32,000 bases of DNA from Candidatus Scalindua sp. (GTDB lineage Bacteria; Planctomycetota; Brocadiia; Brocadiales; Scalinduaceae), in assembly GCA_031316235.1 (NCBI GenBank), contig JALDRA010000001.1, forward strand, positions 3,090,001-3,122,000, given 5' to 3'. This document shows positions 25,984 through 32,000 of the stretch, in pieces. Within the stretch, counting starts at the first letter, position 1. Each line of letters starts with the position of its first letter. Under the pieces are notes generated by a model. It was not told the origin of the DNA. It ran no database searches and saw nothing but the letters and a program-made list of their open reading frames with translations. The position numbers and the translations under genes are program-made.

Positions 25984-28395
25984 TTATTTCGTTATCCATC
26001 TGAAGTACCTGATCTTAATCGGATCGAGAGAGCGGTCAACAATTGCTAAAATTTTTCTTTCAGAGAAGATGTCGGTTTCTGAATCATTGGTAACCTGAGC
26101 AGTAACATAGACCGTAAAGACGTTGGAACGTGTCGTAATGAGATTTGAGATGGACCGGAATCTCTTTTCCCTGTCCCACTTATTGCCGGTACCGGTAATT
26201 TGAGTAATATCAGCAACGAAATCACCTATGCCCGTAAATGGTTTGTCTGCGCTGCTTTCAATTGCACTGGCTATGGTGGAATCTATATTTGGGAGCGATT
26301 GCAACACCTCCGAGGGCGCGGTATTGACATTTATCAAACCGGGAATACGATACTCTTTCCCGTTTATATCACCACTCTGTGAACCGGTATCCGATGAATC
26401 ACTGTCACCATCTCCATCATTATCAATACCGTCCATTGATGGATCTGTAATGGTAAGGTATTCCAGTACGCTCGGATAGGTAATAAATTGATCAACGTTA
26501 AAACTCTGCCACTGCCTTCCGGTATGGATAAAGCCCAGATACCCTTTATTTGAAAATATCCTGTTCGCTGCAGGAAAACTCAATGGCCAGGTCGGTGTGG
26601 TATTTTCCCAGCCATCACCGCCAACAGCAGGATCAAAACTACCATTTTCCTCACCTGCTGTTTCCAGTGATGTCGTCCAGCGCCACGGTATTGATGCATT
26701 TACGTTGGGTGTTCCATCTGTGTCTGTTAATGGTGTTGGCCTTGGATCATTTAACTGTCTCGTGTTCGTGGTATTATCAGCCTGACCGTAATGTGTCTTC
26801 TGAACAGTGCCACTTGTATCTGCCAAGGTTAAAACTTCACCTGCGGGTGTGAGCAAATTAATATTGAGGTCAGTTTGATCTGGAGGAGTTCCGCCTTCAT
26901 AAGCAAAAGTTGCATATGCAGCTGAATCATCTGCAATAACATAGTAGTCTTGAGCATTAATCGTTCCATTCAGTGTAACAGCAGGCATGGATGTGCCCGT
27001 AATTGTCCAGTTTGTTATGTCAATAGCCGTATCGTATGGGTTAAATAATTCGATAAATTTACCCAAGCCACCTGCTGTAACAACGTTTACTTCTGCCTCT
27101 ACCTCGTTTATGTATGGAGTTCTTTCAATACCGTAGTATGTATCTGTGCCATCAGAATATAGAGTTACAACAGTGTCAGAATCAATGAAATCCTTTGTGT
27201 TGACTGCCAGCTGATGACGTTCAACATAACCTGATGTACCTGACGACCCGGTTATGCCCCCTGATTCCAGCATGTCTGTGATCATCTCTACTTTTTTATC
27301 TGAATTGTACGTAACCGTATCGGTGTATGCACCTTCATTTGTTATAAGGAAATTCATGTTTAACATGGTTGTAGCTGTCCCGCCGTCGAGTTGATACGGT
27401 GGCGTAACGATGGTGTCAGCAGAACAGGTCGTGAACCACTCATTGAGAGAAGCCTGGTCACTTTGTGAGACACCTCTACTGTTGCAAATTGTTTCGAGTC
27501 TGCTTGTGAATGTTGAGGTACCCATGATTTCAGCTTCTGAAAGGAGACTGAACGGTCTATCATCACCAGGTGGATAAATCGGATTGAATTCGGTTGGTTC
27601 ATCCACAGCTTCATCTGCTTCATCAACATTGGTTTCACCTGAATCCGGTATTCCATTATTGTTGGTGTCGTGTACTGCGGAATTCCAATCTCCATCGTTA
27701 TCAACACCATCTGTCTGAGGATCAGGAGTTATCCCGGAATTGTCATTTACGGTACTGGTTCCCGGCTTCAGGTCGCTTCCTTGTCTTGTACCGATAATGT
27801 CGCTCGTTATAGCCGTGGCGGTACCACTTACCTGTAAGATCACGCTGGATAGATCAATCTCAAATGTAGACCATCCTTCATCAGAGGTGTGCGCATTGCC
27901 GATTCCAGCCTTGTTCCCTGTGACATTTATATTAATCCGGGCCTCTCTGTCATCCGTTATTAATATGGCATATCTGCCACGCAGTTTTCCTGGAAGTCTG
28001 ACGTCGTTTGTCGATACGGTGGCCGGAAAGTATATCCATTTCGAGTCGTTTGTGCCGTCTCCATCGTTATCATAATCTGTACCAGAGAAATCACTACCGC
28101 CGGGCATCCAGGTTTCGCCTGACCAGTCATAGTTTTCATCACCGTTATCGCTGTTATATGCAATATCGTCGTCTCCAAATTTATCTTGCCGGAGGATATA
28201 CAATGCATGTTCGAGGCCTGCTCTTGCAGCAGCCTCACATTTTATCGAGTCAGAGTAATTTCTCGTTGCCTTGGTTTCTATTCTTGACAGGGTGGCAAAG
28301 GTAATCGCCATCAGTGAAAGGATGGTAAAAACTCCAACGATAATGATCAGGATATATCCTTCCTCATTTTTTACGTATCCAACAGTTTTTTCCAT
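25984..28395 (-). CDS. Giant GspK-like minor pseudopilin (803 aa) with an inserted lamin-tail domain and acidic DNDGDG repeats
   Basis: N-terminal hydrophobic helix without Glu at +5 (EEG/YILIIIVGV). GspK-type motifs RYAILITDDREARININ and C-terminal LINVNTAPSEVLQSLPNI (helix-hairpin-helix). LTD-like segment YINEVEAE..KFIELFNPYDTAIDITNWTI..YYVIA..EVLTLADTSGTVQ (about nt 26785-27117). Three DNDGD motifs. Confidence 0.8.
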   Translation of the reverse strand: MEKTVGYVKNEEGYILIIIVGVFTILSLMAITFATLSRIETKATRNYSDSIKCEAAARAGLEHALYILRQDKFGDDDIAYNSDNGDENYDWSGETWMPGGSDFSGTDYDNDGDGTNDSKWIYFPATVSTNDVRLPGKLRGRYAILITDDREARININVTGNKAGIGNAHTSDEGWSTFEIDLSSVILQVSGTATAITSDIIGTRQGSDLKPGTSTVNDNSGITPDPQTDGVDNDGDWNSAVHDTNNNGIPDSGETNVDEADEAVDEPTEFNPIYPPGDDRPFSLLSEAEIMGTSTFTSRLETICNSRGVSQSDQASLNEWFTTCSADTIVTPPYQLDGGTATTMLNMNFLITNEGAYTDTVTYNSDKKVEMITDMLESGGITGSSGTSGYVERHQLAVNTKDFIDSDTVVTLYSDGTDTYYGIERTPYINEVEAEVNVVTAGGLGKFIELFNPYDTAIDITNWTITGTSMPAVTLNGTINAQDYYVIADDSAAYATFAYEGGTPPDQTDLNINLLTPAGEVLTLADTSGTVQKTHYGQADNTTNTRQLNDPRPTPLTDTDGTPNVNASIPWRWTTSLETAGEENGSFDPAVGGDGWENTTPTWPLSFPAANRIFSNKGYLGFIHTGRQWQSFNVDQFITYPSVLEYLTITDPSMDGIDNDGDGDSDSSDTGSQSGDINGKEYRIPGLINVNTAPSEVLQSLPNIDSTIASAIESSADKPFTGIGDFVADITQITGTGNKWDREKRFRSISNLITTRSNVFTVYVTAQVTNDSETDIFSERKILAIVDRSLDPIKIRYFRWITK

Positions 28396-28401
28396 GTTTC
28401 G

Positions 28402-29064
28402 TTACGGTATCGAATGTATCCTTGTAAATATCCTTGAGTACCTGTTGCGCATGTCAGAGATGGTTATGGTTACTTCTACAGCAGCAGGTAAATATCTTTT
28501 CGTGGTACTGTCCCATGAGTTTTTCCATGATCCATCAGTGTCGAGGTACTTAAATTGCAATGTATCAACATTGAATCCAAGCTCGAAACCCGTTGCCGTA
28601 TCAGGATCAAAACCTGACATATCAGTATTAAGTGTACTCTCAAGAGTAATCTCTGCTTTGTTCAGGATATTGCCGGTGGTCAGGAAATAGGTAATTAAGG
28701 CAATGGGTTTCCCCTCATGATTGGGAGTACTTGATAGGAGAGTGAGTATGTCGCTGCCCCCTTTTGCACTGATCGCAAGGTAGTCATTTGGATCAATATT
28801 GTCAGATGATTTGAACAATCCATAATTTGCATTTAAGGTTGAACCGGAAAGGTCTCTTTTCATGATGTCAAAAACCGATCTGGCGTTTTGATATACCTCG
28901 TTGCACGCATCAGATTCTGAGAAGACGGTGCTTGCCTGATTAAACAGCGTTACCGTAATGAGGATAATTATTGAAGCTAAAGATACCGCTACAATCAGTT
29001 CTACCAGTGTGAAGGCGGAATCTTTTAAATGATACTTTTTCTCTGGTGGAATTTCCTTATTCAT
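28402..29064 (-). CDS. Prepilin-type N-terminal domain protein, GspJ/PulJ-like minor pseudopilin
   Basis: SA/FTLVELIVAVSLASIIIL with Glu+5, then NARSVFDIMKRDLSGS (PulJ-like). It ends 6 nt before the K-like gene. The -1 residue is Ala, not Gly. Confidence 0.75.
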   Translation of the reverse strand: MNKEIPPEKKYHLKDSAFTLVELIVAVSLASIIILITVTLFNQASTVFSESDACNEVYQNARSVFDIMKRDLSGSTLNANYGLFKSSDNIDPNDYLAISAKGGSDILTLLSSTPNHEGKPIALITYFLTTGNILNKAEITLESTLNTDMSGFDPDTATGFELGFNVDTLQFKYLDTDGSWKNSWDSTTKRYLPAAVEVTITISDMRNRYSRIFTRIHSIP

Positions 29065-29219
29065 TACAAGGTCTTACCTCAAAAGAGTCAGAAAATGATT
29101 TCAGATTGTGGGTAAGTTTTTGAATTGGCCTGAGGTAAGATTTTTTTGCAGTCTTTCATTTTTTAAGGTGAATTCTCTCTTCTGACCTCTCGCTTTCAAA
29201 GCGTTTTCCCGAACCCTCA

Positions 29220-29924
29220 TTAATGTTTTGCCAGCATGGTTTCGTAGATGTCAATAATATCGTCTGTCGTGGTAAATGCAAGGCCTGCTCCAGAGGTTCC
29301 CGAAAATGGTCCTTCTAATATAATGGTTGAAGTGTCTGTGTCTATCGTATCTATTCTGGACCAGAAGGCTTCATTATCTTCCCGTATGTATTGTTTAGAA
29401 GTGAGTTGTGGTGGCAATGGTGTCGTATACGGTACATTTGTACTGCCTTGTGTGAAGTCAGCGGTTCCTGTTCCAAATTCAGATGGGGTAACGTTGAAAA
29501 ATATGGCAATTTGTGCCCTGATCAGGTTTGTGTCAGTAGTTTTGATGCTTTTTAAAACAGCCTGCCATGAATATTGAGCAAATACTCTGTTCCCGGAGGA
29601 GTCTTCAAAAAGTCTATCTTTATTTATATTGCTTATATCCGGATACGTATAAGCCTGGCCGGCAGTCATCGTTCCGACAATTCCAACAACATCAGCTGCT
29701 CTGAGTTCCGACAATGCTAATTCACTCAGGATAGAGGCATTGGAATGCCGGACTATCCTCTTTGTAGACTCAATTCCAATCGGAAATATAGCCAGGATAC
29801 CGGTAAACACCACACCAAGTATGAAAATGGCTATTCCAATTTCAATCAGGGTGAAACCTGATTGAGAGTGTTGAAGCCGTTCTGATTTTAGACGTATTGC
29901 TGAAATAGAAAATTTTCTTCTCAT
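29220..29924 (-). CDS. Prepilin-type N-terminal domain protein, GspI-like position (234 aa)
   Basis: QSG/FTLIEIGIAIFILGVV with Glu+5. 23-aa leader. Placed in the I slot of the G-H-I-J-K order. Confidence 0.7.
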   Translation of the reverse strand: MRRKFSISAIRLKSERLQHSQSGFTLIEIGIAIFILGVVFTGILAIFPIGIESTKRIVRHSNASILSELALSELRAADVVGIVGTMTAGQAYTYPDISNINKDRLFEDSSGNRVFAQYSWQAVLKSIKTTDTNLIRAQIAIFFNVTPSEFGTGTADFTQGSTNVPYTTPLPPQLTSKQYIREDNEAFWSRIDTIDTDTSTIILEGPFSGTSGAGLAFTTTDDIIDIYETMLAKH

Positions 29925-29979
29925 TAGTGCGTGAAGGTAAACCCTGTGATTGAACGAAAACTGCCTGGATACAGGGCGC

Positions 29980-30035
29980 GTAATAATTGCGTAACCGGAT
30001 CGTACAAATGTACTTGAGGATTACGTAATTATTAC
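29980..30035. other. Imperfect 15-bp inverted repeat in the gspH-like/gspI-like spacer
   Basis: GTAATAATTGCGTAA (29980-29994) and TTACGTAATTATTAC (30021-30035) match at 14 of 15 positions. The inner loop contains a GTAC-AAAT-GTAC hairpin. Confidence 0.5.
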
Positions 30036-30070
30036 AGCAACGCGGTAGATGGGTAATTCTCGTTCAACCA

Positions 30071-30544
30071 CTAATTACCTGAAATTTGCCCCGTATAGCT
30101 GATTATTCTCAGATTTTTTGAGTTTCCCTGCCTGTTTTTAATAGTAATCGTATCTGTACCAAAGGCCGAAAAGTCTGCAGAACCATTCGGATCAAAGTTA
30201 ACGGTGCTGGTTCCCGTAGTCCATGTCCCTGAACCCGTATCAAATTCTATACTATCTGGAAGGAACTCTTCTCTTCCTAATTCACTGTTATTTTCATCTT
30301 TGATTAACAGCCTGGAGTATGTTGAGTCGAAAACAAGCAGTCGTGTTTTTCTGGAATTAATAGCCATTGTTCTGGCAGCCAGGGCTCTTGCTTGAACGAT
30401 GCGTGCACCTTTACTCAAACTTTGCCCTTTCAGGAAAGGTGTTATTGCTGGCACGGTTATCACACCTACCAAAACAATGATTGCAATTACGACAAGCATT
30501 TCTACGAGTGTGAAACCGTATCTGGTATCTGTGAGTGATTTCAA
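30071..30544 (-). CDS. Prepilin-type N-terminal domain protein, GspH/FimT-like minor pseudopilin
   Basis: RYG/FTLVEMLVVIAIIVLVG, then SKGARIVQARALAARTMAI, typical of the GspH/FimT family. 157 aa. Confidence 0.75.
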   Translation of the reverse strand: MKSLTDTRYGFTLVEMLVVIAIIVLVGVITVPAITPFLKGQSLSKGARIVQARALAARTMAINSRKTRLLVFDSTYSRLLIKDENNSELGREEFLPDSIEFDTGSGTWTTGTSTVNFDPNGSADFSAFGTDTITIKNRQGNSKNLRIISYTGQISGN

Positions 30545-30563
30545 AATAATCTCGTTTGCATTG

Positions 30564-30586
30564 AAAACGTAAAGGTACGTTTTTTT
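30564..30586. other. AT-flanked hairpin just upstream of the gspH-like start
   Basis: AAAACGT-AAAGGT-ACGTTTT followed by further T residues on the plus strand and preceded by an A-run in minus-strand sense. Confidence 0.4.
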
Positions 30587-30600
30587 ATGAGAAGATATGA

Positions 30601-30712
30601 TATACTAAAAACGATTTGGTTTTCGGTTTTACTGGAAACCAGATCTTGGTGAAGGTATACTCGCTCAATTTTATCTCGGATTCTATCCGAAATCCAGTAT
30701 GAGATGAGTATA
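30601..30712 (+). repeat. Structured ~112-bp intergenic repeat, copy D
   Basis: About 90% identical to copy C by eye. It lies in the gap between the major (G-like) and minor (H-like) pseudopilin genes, antisense to that operon. Confidence 0.9.
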
Positions 30713-30880
30713 ATCTTAAAAACAAGGTAAAAATAGCACTTTATCCGGTTGAAATCAAGAGGAAACTGAAAGTTACGGAAGGTTTATGAAATGAGCGAAA
30801 GAGACTCTCCGTCTCTCTCTCTGTTTTCGTATAAGAAATCCTGCATCCCGAATCTATGCCGAGTTCCCGGATATTTAAGC

Positions 30881-31327
30881 CTATCGATTCCAGTTGTTTA
30901 TGTCGTCAATATCACTTCCGGAAGTTGTCGATATACCGTCCGGGCCTGGAGAATACAGGTCGTATGAACCGGTATTCTGATTTCCAGGAGAAACATATAC
31001 GAGAGGGTTACCCCAATAATCAACAATCGTATCACCGCTTACTGTATCATCATGTAATTCGATATACTGTCTTAAGGCGGTACCGGATGGTTGCAGCAGA
31101 GACTTGAGATTTGCTATATCCCCGGAAGGATAGGATCTGTTATCACTGTAATAGTGTTCAATCGCCATTTCCAGGCGATCGATCATTGTTCTGGTGGCCT
31201 TTATCTGGGTGTTTTTACTCAAACGGGGAACCACCGTCAAAACGGATGCGGTAATTACGAGGATTATGCTGATAACTACCAGAAGTTCTGTCAGGGTAAA
31301 TCCATTTTTACCAGTTTGTAATGTCAT
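30881..31327 (-). CDS. GspG-like major pseudopilin
   Basis: MTLQTGKNG/FTLTELLVVISIIL, then DRLEMAIEHYYSDNRSYP and a C-terminal DYWGNPLVYVSPG..YDLYSPGPDG..DDINNW (GspG calcium-loop signature). ATG 31327 is preferred over GTG 31336. Confidence 0.85.
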   Translation of the reverse strand: MTLQTGKNGFTLTELLVVISIILVITASVLTVVPRLSKNTQIKATRTMIDRLEMAIEHYYSDNRSYPSGDIANLKSLLQPSGTALRQYIELHDDTVSGDTIVDYWGNPLVYVSPGNQNTGSYDLYSPGPDGISTTSGSDIDDINNWNR

Positions 31328-31979
31328 CACTTGCACTGTTTCCTGAATCGTCTACCTTGTCAGGCCCGAATGAATATATATCAAACGAGGCGATATTGTG
31401 AGAAGGAGAGCTGCTTACGTATGAGTAATCACTGCCAAAAGGATCTTTATACTGGAAGACCTCTCTCGTTCCGTTGACTCCTTCTATACTGAGCGTTGCG
31501 GTATCTGAGGCAAAATCAGCACCCGATCCTTCAATCTGCGATCTCTTGAATTCTATATAGGGGCCGAATATCTCATTAAAACTCGTTGAATTGAACTTAA
31601 ACCTGCTGCCGAGAAAAAAGACAAGACATTTTGTGTCTGTATTGAGATCATCATCGCGAGGTATCTCTATACTGGCGAGAGAGATCATTGTATCTGCTGT
31701 TGTGTAGCTGTCGGGTGGAAAGAAACCAAAGTCACTCTCAAATTGCCTGAGTGCAAGCCCCAGCTGGCTTATCTGAGCAGCGGTAACGCCACTCTTTGCG
31801 TTGGTCTGGATAGAACTTACAACAGGTACGGTAATTCCAACAAGAACCATGATGATTACGAGAACAACTAACATCTCTACGAGCGTAAACCCGGTTGAAG
31901 AGTTCTTTTTTAACAGGGGGGAGGGAGGTACGGCAGGTTGTTCAGAACCCTGCGAGTCCATTAGTATCTCACTCGGCAT
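31308..31979 (-). CDS. GspG-like pseudopilin paralog with a long leader and central insertion
   Basis: STG/FTLVEMLVVLVIIMVLVG, LALRQFESDFGFFP, C-terminal FDIYSFGPDKVDD..DDITNW. The leader is 22-29 aa depending on start. The 3' end overlaps the next gene by about 20 nt. Confidence 0.8.
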   Translation of the reverse strand: MPSEILMDSQGSEQPAVPPSPLLKKNSSTGFTLVEMLVVLVIIMVLVGITVPVVSSIQTNAKSGVTAAQISQLGLALRQFESDFGFFPPDSYTTADTMISLASIEIPRDDDLNTDTKCLVFFLGSRFKFNSTSFNEIFGPYIEFKRSQIEGSGADFASDTATLSIEGVNGTREVFQYKDPFGSDYSYVSSSPSHNIASFDIYSFGPDKVDDSGNSASDDITNW

Positions 31980-32000
31980 CCTGTCACTAAAGTGTATCGA

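Noticed and set aside
25577-25999. ORFs 25577..25888 (+), 25602..25838 (+) and 25748..25999 (-) in the surE/gspK-like gap
   Set aside because: They run across repeat copy C. The same nucleotides recur in non-coding contexts, in both orientations and with indels. There is no RBS and the composition is not protein-like.
26200-28690. Plus-strand ORFs (60-139 aa) antisense to the gspK-like and gspJ-like genes
   Set aside because: Shadow ORFs opposite long, well-supported minus-strand CDSs. The translations are low-complexity.

Overview
Gene content suggests an AT-rich chromosomal segment from a planctomycete-like, possibly anammox-type (Brocadiales-like) bacterium; no database search was run. 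No rRNA, tRNA or CRISPR array was seen.

Layout:
(1) 1-8.1 kb, heme/respiratory neighbourhood: a 5'-truncated HAO-family octaheme cytochrome c, two tandem paralogous TPR lipoproteins, a divergent FGE-sulfatase (SUMF1-type) protein, and a membrane-anchored 11-heme cytochrome with a NapC/NirT-like N-terminus.
(2) 8.2-11.9 kb: mdh, then a PAS histidine kinase with a sigma-54-dependent response regulator.
(3) 12.6-23.2 kb, signalling island: two sensor kinases and four receiver proteins, none with a DNA-binding output (REC-HD-GYP, two REC-HDOD paralogs, REC-REC). The REC-HD-GYP gene is split by an intact-looking IS630-family element.
(4) 23.4-25.6 kb: a small ORF, a cupin-SHOCT lipoprotein and surE.
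(5) 26.0-32.0 kb, minus strand: a gspG-G-H-I-J-K-like pseudopilin operon. Its K-like tip protein is 803 aa and carries a lamin-tail domain and DNDGDG acidic repeats.

The main unexplained signal is a ~112-bp hairpin-rich repeat found four times, always intergenic (12.3, 17.8, 25.8 and 30.6 kb). One copy directly follows a sigma-54-type promoter match. Other points of interest are a perfect 21-bp inverted repeat after the HAO gene, an A AAA AAA -1 frameshift site in the IS transposase, an A10 tract inside a kinase gene, and unusually gapped, structured spacers in the pseudopilin operon.

All calls come from reading the sequence and ORF translations by eye. Identities and chance estimates are approximate.
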